17,945 nucleotides of DNA from Silvanigrellaceae bacterium (GCA_049423385.1 JBMSQQ010000068.1:1-17945), one strand, 5' to 3'; counted from the first letter of the stretch, positions 1 to 8,405 are shown. Translations and numbers: made by a program. The notes: a model not told the origin generated them from the sequence alone.

Positions 1-23
1 GTACGTTTCTTTGGCACTGCCAT
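1..23 (-). CDS. rpmF: 50S ribosomal protein L32, 5' end (runs off the window)
   Basis: Reverse complement reads GAGG-ttgtatc-ATG GCA GTG CCA AAG AAA CGT AC = MAVPKKRT, the hallmark L32 N-terminus. SD-like GAGG at 31-34. Only 7 full codons are visible. Confidence 0.9.
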
Positions 24-68
24 GATACAACCTCAATCTCGATTTGGGGGCGTCTTTCGCGGGAAACC

Positions 69-137
69 ATTATACGCCCGACGCGCCCGGGCTTTGTTGA
101 GCTAGCGGTAGATAGACGAAGAGAAAAGAGGTGTCAA
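69..137 (-). promoter_or_regulatory. Probable sigma70 promoter region for rpmF
   Basis: On the minus strand there is a perfect TTGACA (137-132) followed after 17 bp by TATCTA, and separately a perfect TATAAT (74-69) about 45 bp upstream of the rpmF ATG. The two perfect hexamers are too far apart to be one promoter. Confidence 0.45.
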
Positions 138-157
138 CCACTTCCTCGGACAAGGAA

Positions 158-901
158 TTACCTGACGTTAAGCTGGAGGGTGACATCCGCTCCGTTTCGC
201 CTGACCTTGACGGTGACTTCGTTCGCTTCCCGAAGGCCATTGAGGGTTTGGATGGCTTTGGCCACATTTGTGAGCTCGCTCCCATTGAGCTCCTGGACCT
301 CGTCGCCCTCTTGCAGGCCAAGCTTGTGGAATATCGAGTTTTGGTCGAACTGGAAAATGCGGAAGCCTGTGATGACGCCCTTGCCGTCGACAACCGGTTC
401 GCTGGATGCCTGCATCAGGATATTCGGCAATTCGTCTTTCAGGAGCCGGTCCCTGTATCGGGAGTCGACGTCGATCTTTGTTCCAACCCTCTGAAAGCCA
501 TCTTCCACATAGCGGTCGGCCGTGGATTCCAGCACTTTCACGACCCGGGCTGGCTTGATGGCCGCCATGCCACCGAGTTTGTTGGAAATGAGGGTCATCT
601 GCCCATCGTTTTCGAGGACCAGCATTTGAGTCCTGTCGACGCTCAGCAAGGTTCCCAGATTGTAAAGATCTTCACCTGTTTTGAACGCCTTGACCTCGGA
701 GGTGTCCCGATTTTTGACCAGGGCAACACCACCGCGGGCACTGACGATCGCGCCCACGAGCTGAAGGCTCTTGCTCGCTTTACCGGTTGCAAAAACCGAA
801 TTGTTGCAAAGCATGGCCAACGTGCAACCCAAAACCATCAGGGCACGGCTCAATGACTCGCGTCCAATTCGTTCGCACGCTCGCTGACTCATCAGCTTCA
901 T
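158..901 (-). CDS. Type II secretion system protein C-like protein (HR region plus C-terminal PDZ domain)
   Basis: Hydrophobic N-terminal segment; GspC-like 'LQLVGAIV...VALVKN...FKTGEDL...LLSVDR'; C-terminal PDZ 'GFRIFQFDQNSIFHKLGLQEGDEVQELNG...VTVKVRRNG'. Start moved to ATG 901, which has AGGAG at 910-906 (247 aa). Confidence 0.8.
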   Translation of the reverse strand: MKLMSQRACERIGRESLSRALMVLGCTLAMLCNNSVFATGKASKSLQLVGAIVSARGGVALVKNRDTSEVKAFKTGEDLYNLGTLLSVDRTQMLVLENDGQMTLISNKLGGMAAIKPARVVKVLESTADRYVEDGFQRVGTKIDVDSRYRDRLLKDELPNILMQASSEPVVDGKGVITGFRIFQFDQNSIFHKLGLQEGDEVQELNGSELTNVAKAIQTLNGLREANEVTVKVRRNGADVTLQLNVR

Positions 902-1024
902 TGTTCTCCTCGCGCTGTTGGTCCATGACCACACACGCCACTTCCAAGAATACTAAGGGAAAGCCCAGATCTGCCCAAGGGGGCTGGCGTGGAATTGACT
1001 CATCGCGGCATACCAGACTTTTGC

Positions 1025-1054
1025 GCGACATGACTCTTGAATTTCTGGCATAAT
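1025..1054 (+). promoter_or_regulatory. Putative sigma70 extended -10 promoter for alr-queA-tgt
   Basis: TG-g-CATAAT at 1046-1054 with GCGACA at 1025-1030 (18-bp spacer), about 40 bp upstream of the alr ATG. Confidence 0.35.
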
Positions 1055-1091
1055 TGAGGGAGCCACATGGGCCAGGGGTCAGGGGGGCATC

Positions 1092-2297
1092 ATGATATCA
1101 GCGTCCAGAGAGGCTTCGTGGGTGGAGCTCAGCGCGGCTGCACTGCGCAACAACGTTGGGATTTTCAGAAGTCTGCTGAATGCTGAAAAAAATGACAATT
1201 CGCAAGGTTTGCCTCCTCGGTTGGGAGTTGTGCTCAAGGCCAATGGATATGGTCACGGGTTGTTGGAGGTCTTGTCTGTCGTTCATCCCCTGGTCGATAT
1301 CATTCACCTGATTTCTCCCGCCGATGCCATTGAAATTCGCAAACTCGAAAAGCGCAACGGTTGGCCCCGGGTCAGAATTCTTGTTTTGGGAGCAACCGCC
1401 CCCGACGAATATGTGCAGCTGGCTCAAAACGATGTCGAAGTCACCCTTGGTGACCACAACGTCCTGGCGGCAGACTCCGCATTGAAATCCGCCGGCCAGA
1501 AGGCAGTGGCCCACGTACATGTTGAAACGGGCCTTTCCCGGGAGGGATTTTTCCCAAAGGAGATCGAATCAAGGCTGGCATTCCTGAAGGATTCAGATTC
1601 CCCTTTCGACATCAGGGGAGCCTTGTCGCACTTCGCCAACACCGAGGACGTCACGGAACAGCAATATGCAGTTGCCCAGCTGGAGCAGTTTGATGATGGA
1701 GTCGAGGCCCTGGGACGACTCTTGGGTCGACAGTCCGGGCAGCTGGAACGGCATATTGCGGCAAGTGCTGCAACGCTCGTGTTGCCGGATGCCCGCTGCG
1801 ATTCGGTCAGGGTGGGGATTGCGCTTTATGGTTTTTGGCCTTCTGCAGAAACCCGACTTTCGGCGCGTATCGTGTTGCCGGAGTTGCCCAAGCTGAAACC
1901 CGTTCTCAGCTGGAAATGTCGCTCACAAATCGTGAAGCGGCTTGAGGCTGGAGCGTACGTTGGTTACGGATGCACCTTCCGCTGTGAGCGTGACACGACG
2001 ATCGCGGTGTTTCCAGTTGGTTATTACGACGGCTATCCGAGGCTTTTGTCCGGCAGGGCGCATGTGCTGGTTGATGGGCACAGGGCTCCGGTTCTTGGCC
2101 GGGTCATGATGAATCACATCGTTGTTGACGTGACCGGAATCGCGGGTGATGACAGGCCGGTTGTCGCAACCCTGTTGGGAAGTGACGGCAAGGAAACTGT
2201 CACCGCCGAGATGCTGGCCGGGTGGGCCCAGACGATCCATTATGAGATCGTCACTCGCATCGGTGCTCATTTGCAGAGAATTGTTAGAGACGAATGA
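1092..2297 (+). CDS. alr: Alanine racemase (PLP-dependent)
   Basis: PLP-lysine motif VVLKANGYGHG, ETGLSREG, SHFA, RVGIALYG, catalytic-Tyr motif VGYG, PVGYYDG, TIHYEI. The stop overlaps the queA start (ATGA). Confidence 0.95.
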   Translation: MISASREASWVELSAAALRNNVGIFRSLLNAEKNDNSQGLPPRLGVVLKANGYGHGLLEVLSVVHPLVDIIHLISPADAIEIRKLEKRNGWPRVRILVLGATAPDEYVQLAQNDVEVTLGDHNVLAADSALKSAGQKAVAHVHVETGLSREGFFPKEIESRLAFLKDSDSPFDIRGALSHFANTEDVTEQQYAVAQLEQFDDGVEALGRLLGRQSGQLERHIAASAATLVLPDARCDSVRVGIALYGFWPSAETRLSARIVLPELPKLKPVLSWKCRSQIVKRLEAGAYVGYGCTFRCERDTTIAVFPVGYYDGYPRLLSGRAHVLVDGHRAPVLGRVMMNHIVVDVTGIAGDDRPVVATLLGSDGKETVTAEMLAGWAQTIHYEIVTRIGAHLQRIVRDE

Positions 2298-3484
2298 AGC
2301 TCACTGATTTTCGATACGAATACCCGGAGGAGCTTGTCGCCCAAACACCTCTTCCCGAGCGGGACAGATCGCGGCTTCTGGTTTGGGATGGCAGAACGGG
2401 TCGAGAGAAGGATTCCGTTTTTCTGCGCGTCGCCGAAGAGCTTCGATCTGCGTTTTCAGAAGGCGGCAAGCCGCCTGTTTTGTTGTTGGTCAATGATTCC
2501 AAGGTTTATCCTGCACGGATTCGGATTCGAAAACAGTCGGGTGCGCGTGGTGAAGTTTTGGTTTTGTCGCCCCAGCGTCAATCCGATATTTCCTGTCTGC
2601 TCAGGCCTGTAAAAAAGTTGAAGGTGGGCGACGTGTTGCTCTGCGAGAGCAGTGGTCGTCCTGTGTTCGCGGTGAAGAGCCTGAATCCTCCGCTGGTCGA
2701 CAATATCTCGGGGGTATCTGTTCAGGAATTGATGGATGAGCAGGGGGAAATGCCTCTGCCACCCTATATCGTGCGTGATCCTGTGCGGATAAATGACCCG
2801 TCTGTTTCTGCTCTGGACAGGCTCAGGTACCAGACGGTTTATGCGCGAAAAGTCGGAAGCTCGGCGGCTCCCACGGCAGGACTGCATTTCACAAGCGGCG
2901 TGCTTGAGGATTGCGAGGCGCAGCAAATTTCTGTGCATGGTGTGACACTGCATGTCGGCCTGGGGACGTTTCAACCGGTGAACGTTGAAAACGTTGATGA
3001 TCATGAAATGCATTTTGAGCATTGCTCTGTGCCGAATTCAACCATGAAGAAAATCATTGAGCACGTCGAAAATCGCTGGCCCATCGTGTTTGTCGGGACG
3101 ACTTCTTTCCGGGCGGTGGAGTCGGTCCTTTTGAGTGCCATTGGTTGGAGTTTGAAGGATGCATGCCAACGTCCGGGTGAAAATCTGCTGAGCATGCTGG
3201 AAAGCGGAAGACTGGCAAAAGAACGGTTGATGGATATTGCCGATGAGTGGATTCAGACTGATTTGTTTATCCGTCCCTTGAGCCTCGCTTCAGTTTATCG
3301 TCCAATGTGCGGAGACGGAATCATCACCAATTTTCATCAGCCCGAGAGCACTTTGGTGATGCTTATTTCTGCTTTTCTTGGTTATGGAAATTGGAAAAAA
3401 CTTTACACGCACGCCGTTGCTTCGCGATATCGCCTGTTCAGCTACGGCGATTCCAGCTTGTTGATTTTTCCTGGAGCACCCTGA
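2294..3484 (+). CDS. queA: S-adenosylmethionine:tRNA ribosyltransferase-isomerase
   Basis: DFRYEYPEELVAQTP, SRLL, GEMPLPPYI, RYQTVYA, AAPTAGLHF, TLHVGLGTF, VGTT, ITNFHQPESTL, YRLFSYGD. Confidence 0.97.
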   Translation: MKLTDFRYEYPEELVAQTPLPERDRSRLLVWDGRTGREKDSVFLRVAEELRSAFSEGGKPPVLLLVNDSKVYPARIRIRKQSGARGEVLVLSPQRQSDISCLLRPVKKLKVGDVLLCESSGRPVFAVKSLNPPLVDNISGVSVQELMDEQGEMPLPPYIVRDPVRINDPSVSALDRLRYQTVYARKVGSSAAPTAGLHFTSGVLEDCEAQQISVHGVTLHVGLGTFQPVNVENVDDHEMHFEHCSVPNSTMKKIIEHVENRWPIVFVGTTSFRAVESVLLSAIGWSLKDACQRPGENLLSMLESGRLAKERLMDIADEWIQTDLFIRPLSLASVYRPMCGDGIITNFHQPESTLVMLISAFLGYGNWKKLYTHAVASRYRLFSYGDSSLLIFPGAP

Positions 3485-4770
3485 TGTCTTTGCCCCAAAG
3501 ATCGATTCTTCAATTCGAGCTTCTTCGTCATCATTCCTTTGAAGATTTGGCAGGAGAAAACTTGTCGAAATTCGACAATCCGGTGATGAAAGGTTCTTGG
3601 CTGCATGATGAACGTGAGAGCCTGATCCAGAAAGGTGTTCTGCAAAACCAGGATATTCCATTGTTTTCGCAGGTGGGTCCTCGCCGTGGAAGAATGACGT
3701 TTGGGGATGTTGCCGTCGATACTCCAACCTTCATGCCGGTGGGAACGGCAGGTGCAGTGAAGAGTCTGGAATCTTCGGATGTGCATTCCATCGGATTCAA
3801 TCTGATTCTTGGAAACACGTACCACCTGTTTTTGCGACCAGGCAGCGACACACTCTCGCAATTTGGTGGTTTGCACAGGTTCATGAATTGGCCGGGTGTG
3901 CTTCTGACCGACAGTGGTGGTTTTCAGGTCATGAGCCTGGCAAAGATCCGCAAGCTCACGGAAGAGGGAGTGACCTTCGCAAACCACATCAATGGTTCGA
4001 AGGTGAATCTGACTCCGGAATCGGTTGTCGGCATCCAGGATGACATCGATTCCGACATCCAAATGGTTCTTGATGAGTGTACGCCCTATCCAGCAGATTT
4101 TGAGGTGGCCAAGGCCAGCATGGAACGATCGATGCGTTGGGCAAAACGTGCTCGTTCAGCCAGGAGCGCAAGGACACGAGCTCAATTCGGAATTGTTCAA
4201 GGTGGCATGTATACCGATCTTCGCGCCCGTAGTGCCCGTGAATTGAGGGATATTGGCTTTGAAGGTTATGCGGTTGGTGGACTTTCGGTTGGTGAACCAA
4301 AGGAAGAGCTCCGGCGTGTGCTTGCTGGCACCACGGCTTTTTTGCCGCACGAAAAGCCCCGTTACCTGATGGGAGTCGGGACGCCCGACGACTTGTTTGA
4401 TGGTGTCCTTTTGGGAATTGACATGTTTGATTGCGTTTTGCCCACCCGAAACGCGCGCAATGGCTCTGTGTTCGTGCGCACCAGCGCAGAACCCACAGGC
4501 AAGATTCACATCAAAAATGCTGTACACAGGAATTCGGAGGTCCCGTTGGATCCGGATTGTTCTTGCACAACGTGCAGGAAATATTCCCGGGCCTACCTCA
4601 GGCATTTGTTTGTTGCCCAGGAACTCACGGTCTATCGATTGCTGACAATTCACAGCCTGCAATTTTTGCATGACATGATGTCTGACATGCGCGCGGTTCT
4701 CGATCTCCCTTCACCTGCTCAAGAACTCCTGCTTTTGCGGCAGCGTTACGTGGGAAACCCGACGCGGTAA
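3484..4770 (+). CDS. tgt: tRNA-guanine transglycosylase (bacterial, preQ1-inserting type)
   Basis: TPTFMPVGT, GNTYHL, LTDSGGFQV, VLDEC, FGIVQGG, GGLSVGE, RYLMGVG, DMFDCVLPTRNARNG, Zn ligands CSCTTC...H. Start placed at ATG 3484, overlapping the queA stop (TGATG); 428 aa. Confidence 0.97.
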   Translation: MSLPQRSILQFELLRHHSFEDLAGENLSKFDNPVMKGSWLHDERESLIQKGVLQNQDIPLFSQVGPRRGRMTFGDVAVDTPTFMPVGTAGAVKSLESSDVHSIGFNLILGNTYHLFLRPGSDTLSQFGGLHRFMNWPGVLLTDSGGFQVMSLAKIRKLTEEGVTFANHINGSKVNLTPESVVGIQDDIDSDIQMVLDECTPYPADFEVAKASMERSMRWAKRARSARSARTRAQFGIVQGGMYTDLRARSARELRDIGFEGYAVGGLSVGEPKEELRRVLAGTTAFLPHEKPRYLMGVGTPDDLFDGVLLGIDMFDCVLPTRNARNGSVFVRTSAEPTGKIHIKNAVHRNSEVPLDPDCSCTTCRKYSRAYLRHLFVAQELTVYRLLTIHSLQFLHDMMSDMRAVLDLPSPAQELLLLRQRYVGNPTR

Positions 4771-4846
4771 ATCCTTCCCCGAACTTCTCTGTTGAGTTGT
4801 CCGAAACCATCGAGTGCATGAACACGTGTGTCGGGGTTTTGCATTG

Positions 4847-7822
4847 ATGAGTGGTATTTGGAACAAAGGTCAACAACCATGGCGATTGCCTGATTCTGCC
4901 GAGAAGGCGGAAGGCAAGCCGTTGGCCAATGCATCCGATGCCAACAAGGACGATGAACAACCGACGTTTGAAATTGATTTTTCCCCATCTGCGCCAGCGT
5001 TCGATGGTGCTTCCGTCGCTGGTATCACGCAGAGTGCTCCTGAACAGCAAGACAGTCTTGGTAGCCTTGAAATTGGATCACCCGGGCAATTCAGTAGTTT
5101 GCAGCATGATCACGGGGTTCGGCTCGCAGTTGAATCAGCGGATGCAAAATCAAACCCGGAACTCCCACCTCAGCCAGCCATTGTCATGGTTGATGAGCCA
5201 CTTCCTGAGTCTCTGTCTGGCGGCGCTGCGATGCAGGATCTCTTTGTGGAAGAGGTTCTCAAGGGGGCTCAGGGGATTGGATCAAGCAGCTCTGCGCTGA
5301 CAATGACTGATGATCAATCAACCATGATTTCATCGGCAGGCGTTGTTGGTTCGACGGGCTTCGAAATTGGTTCCGATAAGACTCTTCAAATTTCGAAATC
5401 AAGTATTGCGGGTGACGATAAAACCCAGATCACCCAGGAGACCTTGCGTGAACAGACTGGTTCATCTGGTCTGGGAGACAACGACAAGACTATTGCAAGT
5501 CTTCAGCCTCAATCTTCCACCCTTGGGAGCGTTGGGCAGGAAATATCGCTTGCGGTGGACTTCGGAGGAGGTGGCGTTCATCCGGCTCCCCCTGCACCTC
5601 CACCTTCGCCTGGATTTGTTCCCGAGCCTCCTCCCGCATTGCAGACCATGGGAAGTGCACCTGGACAGGCGTCTTTTTCGCTGGAGGGTTCTCCAACGGC
5701 GGCAAAATCAACGGATGCCGAAAACACCAAGACGAAGGCAGGAGCTTCCGCTGCAAAGGATTCGTCCGCGAAGGCCGACAAAACCAAGGTGGGTGCAGCA
5801 GGAAAAGACAAGCCGGCGACAATCAAGAAGCCTGCTGCAGGACAAGGACAAAAGGCCAAGGATGGTGCGACCAACGTCAAACCGGTGGGTGGCGACAAGA
5901 ACAACATTGCTGCATTGAGTCAGACCACAAACGCAGTCGCTCCCGGGCCAATCAAGGGCATCAGCAAGGAAGCGAGAATTTTTCTCGGATTTTTCATTCC
6001 TGCAGTTTTGGTTTTCGTTTTTGCTGTTTTTAAAAAGCTCAACAGGGAGTCTGTGGGCCAGCAGATGGCAACCGAAATCGTTGCTCCACCCAAAACCCAA
6101 AATTCGACGCCAATCGCAAAACCAACTGCAACAGCATCAAAAAATGATGCAAAAAACAACGTTGCTGCCTCAGCAAAACCGGGCAAGGTCGTCAAAGACA
6201 ACAATAGCGCGGATTCGGAATCGGACGAAGAAGGCGAGGACAGCGATTCCGAAGACAACAACGAAATTGAACTTGAACACATCCTGACCCGACCCGTTTC
6301 GCGATACAGCGAAACCAACAAGCAATTGGTTCCGCTTCTTGAGATTTCTGCTGCTCTGGACCGGGTTCAGCCGCGTCGGGTGTTGACTTTGATGCGTGGC
6401 CTGCCAGCAGGGTTTGGCACCACTGACGCAGTTCAGAAGGTCGCGTTGCGCGAAGTCACTGCCCGCTATTACATGCAGGTTGGTGCTTATCAAAAAGCCG
6501 TCATTTTGTTTCGCCAGATTTGTTCCGATCCGGCCAAGCAAAGCGATCTTGAAGTTTGCCTGCATGCGGCCCGTGCCGCCGCGGTTGTGGGTTTGAACGA
6601 TGAGGCAAAAGAGATCGTTTCAGGGTTGCAGGTCCGCCTGATTGGTCAAAACAATCAATGGAAGGAATGGGTTCGACTCATCGAGAATGCTGTTGCACTT
6701 TCCAGTCCAAGTGTTGAAGCATTCGTGAAGTTCAGCGACGATATTTCCGACAAGGGACCATTTCTGACAACGGAATGGAATATACAATTGTCGACCTTGT
6801 TTGCCCGTTCCTTGCTTCTTGCTCCCGAAAGTGTCCGCAACGCTTACCTGAAAAGCGTCATGTCAACCCGCAAAAAGAACATCGAAGTGAGACTGGCACC
6901 GGACAAGTTTGGCCAGGATATTGGTTCATACATGATGCCTGCATTCATCAACTTGATGCTGAGGCACTATGAATATCAGCAATTGAATATCTTGGGCGAC
7001 GAGCCGGAAATGGACTCCGAATTGGGAGTTGTGGCTTGGGTCTTCAATGTGATTGCCCAATCGAAGTCGAATGAACCGCGTGAGACTCGAGCACGTCTGG
7101 CACCATTGTTTGCAGAGCGAGGGTTCTCGGCATTGGCTCGTCTGATTGAAGGACAACTTGCCGCCCAGGCAGGGGATTACGTGGGCGCTCACGCAATGAT
7201 TATTGAGCAGATTGGTCCGACGTTGACACAGGACAGCAAGAATCTGCCGGCCAGAACGTCCATATTGCAGACCCGAGAATTCATCAGCGCGACCCAGCGT
7301 CTGAGCAGGATGCCGTTTTTGTTCGTCGAGTGGCTGTTCCTTGGAGTCAAGGTGTCTGCCGGGTTGAATGACAAAGAGTCACTCAAAACCTATCTCGTCG
7401 CCCTCGAGGACGCGCGTCGGCGTTTCCCCGAACTGGCCCGTGAAATACAGTATTGGTTCATGATTTCGCGAGCGAATCGTGTTTTGGGATTCAGTGAGGG
7501 CGTGGAGAGGGCTGTGAACGAGGCCGCAAAATTGGTTTCCACGCCTCATGAATCGGGGTTTGTGGCAGGGGACCGGGTCTGGTTGCTGATGAAACGTGGA
7601 CAAAAGAAAGAAGCAAAGGTCTTGATGCGGAAATTGCTCGTGGAGTTTCCGCATCATGCAAGGCTACTCGAACTGGCTGCTGAATTTTCAGCATCGTGGG
7701 GTGAGGAACCTTCAGCATATCTGAGGCTTGAGGCGGAGATTCCACTCAAATACCAAACCCGTGGCCGTGACAGCGTTCTGTTGTCCTTTTTTACGCTCCG
7801 AAAATTGCTGAGTAATTTCTGA
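4847..7822 (+). CDS. Large hypothetical single-pass membrane protein (disordered N-terminus, TM helix, acidic linker, helical/TPR-like C-terminus)
   Basis: About 3 kb open frame; Ser/Gly/Pro/Ala/Lys-rich N-terminal ~375 aa; hydrophobic helix IFLGFFIPAVLVFVFAVF (5978-6031); acidic tract DSESDEEGEDSDSED; C-terminal amphipathic helices with TPR-like patterns (YYMQVGAYQKAVILFRQ; LLMKRGQKKEAKVLMRKLLVEFP). Start uncertain (GTG 4814 or ATG 4847). Confidence 0.8.
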   Translation: MSGIWNKGQQPWRLPDSAEKAEGKPLANASDANKDDEQPTFEIDFSPSAPAFDGASVAGITQSAPEQQDSLGSLEIGSPGQFSSLQHDHGVRLAVESADAKSNPELPPQPAIVMVDEPLPESLSGGAAMQDLFVEEVLKGAQGIGSSSSALTMTDDQSTMISSAGVVGSTGFEIGSDKTLQISKSSIAGDDKTQITQETLREQTGSSGLGDNDKTIASLQPQSSTLGSVGQEISLAVDFGGGGVHPAPPAPPPSPGFVPEPPPALQTMGSAPGQASFSLEGSPTAAKSTDAENTKTKAGASAAKDSSAKADKTKVGAAGKDKPATIKKPAAGQGQKAKDGATNVKPVGGDKNNIAALSQTTNAVAPGPIKGISKEARIFLGFFIPAVLVFVFAVFKKLNRESVGQQMATEIVAPPKTQNSTPIAKPTATASKNDAKNNVAASAKPGKVVKDNNSADSESDEEGEDSDSEDNNEIELEHILTRPVSRYSETNKQLVPLLEISAALDRVQPRRVLTLMRGLPAGFGTTDAVQKVALREVTARYYMQVGAYQKAVILFRQICSDPAKQSDLEVCLHAARAAAVVGLNDEAKEIVSGLQVRLIGQNNQWKEWVRLIENAVALSSPSVEAFVKFSDDISDKGPFLTTEWNIQLSTLFARSLLLAPESVRNAYLKSVMSTRKKNIEVRLAPDKFGQDIGSYMMPAFINLMLRHYEYQQLNILGDEPEMDSELGVVAWVFNVIAQSKSNEPRETRARLAPLFAERGFSALARLIEGQLAAQAGDYVGAHAMIIEQIGPTLTQDSKNLPARTSILQTREFISATQRLSRMPFLFVEWLFLGVKVSAGLNDKESLKTYLVALEDARRRFPELAREIQYWFMISRANRVLGFSEGVERAVNEAAKLVSTPHESGFVAGDRVWLLMKRGQKKEAKVLMRKLLVEFPHHARLLELAAEFSASWGEEPSAYLRLEAEIPLKYQTRGRDSVLLSFFTLRKLLSNF

Positions 7823-7848
7823 TGGTCTCAGGTTTTTTGAAAATCATC

Positions 7849-7875
7849 TTAAGTCCTGATCAAGGGTGCCGAAGC
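7849..7875 (+). promoter_or_regulatory. Sigma28 (FliA)-like promoter
   Basis: TTAAGTCC-N11-GCCGAAGC against the consensus TAAAGTTT-N11-GCCGATAA, about 47 bp upstream of ATG 7923. Confidence 0.55.
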
Positions 7876-7922
7876 ATGCCTAGAGGGGCTCGAGGGCTCC
7901 GTCCGGATACTCGGGAGGCTTT

Positions 7923-8405
7923 ATGATTCGTGCCTTTGCTCCTGCTTTGGGTGTTTTTAGGGGTCGTGGAGAAATGAAGGATGGAACTGAGTTGGTTTGT
8001 ACCTTCTCGGGTCAGGAGGTGATTCCTGGGGTTTGCTATGGACTTCGCCTTGAGGTTGCTTCAACAGATTCGAATGACACGCTCATGGACGTCTATTTCG
8101 TGTTGTCCCAGGACTCGGGTGAGCACCTGGAAATCCAGTATTTTGATGGTCGTGAACATCTGCACACGATGCATTCGGTGAGCGCTCCGATGCTGTCGAA
8201 TCATCCCGATGGTCGCGTTTTCAGCTTTGAAGGCAATCGTCCGAACGGAACGCTCATCCGGTTCCATTTCGACCTCGTTTCTGCCGAGCGCATCGACATT
8301 TCCATGGATTCAAATTCGGCTCGCGACAGTCACATTGAAGAGCGTTGTTCGATGAAGTTGGAACGGGTTCACCAAGGCTTCATTTCTGGCTCAAACGCTG
8401 CCTGA
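7923..8405 (+). CDS. Hypothetical protein, beta-strand-rich (possible lipocalin/calycin-like barrel)
   Basis: 160 aa; GGAGG SD directly before the ATG; alternating polar/hydrophobic strands; begins 'LGVFRGRG' and ends 'MKLER', reminiscent of calycin GxW-type barrels (fold is inference). Confidence 0.65.
   Translation: MIRAFAPALGVFRGRGEMKDGTELVCTFSGQEVIPGVCYGLRLEVASTDSNDTLMDVYFVLSQDSGEHLEIQYFDGREHLHTMHSVSAPMLSNHPDGRVFSFEGNRPNGTLIRFHFDLVSAERIDISMDSNSARDSHIEERCSMKLERVHQGFISGSNAA

Noticed and set aside
142..157. TTCCT-cggaca-AGGAA hairpin after the GspC-like stop
   Set aside because: 5-bp stem with no adjacent U tract.
131..856. 241-aa plus-strand ORF
   Set aside because: Antisense shadow of the GspC-like gene, which has the SD and family motifs.
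3307..3483. Extended Tgt N-terminus in the ORF track (487 aa)
   Set aside because: Overlaps the queA 3' end; ATG 3484 is coupled to the queA stop.
4781..4807. GAACTT...TCCGAAAC upstream of the large membrane protein as an ECF or sigma28 promoter
   Set aside because: The spacer (13 bp) is too short for sigmaE, and the -35 box matches sigma28 poorly.
7819..7838. CTGA-tggtc-TCAG followed by a T run as an intrinsic terminator
   Set aside because: The 4-bp stem is too weak.
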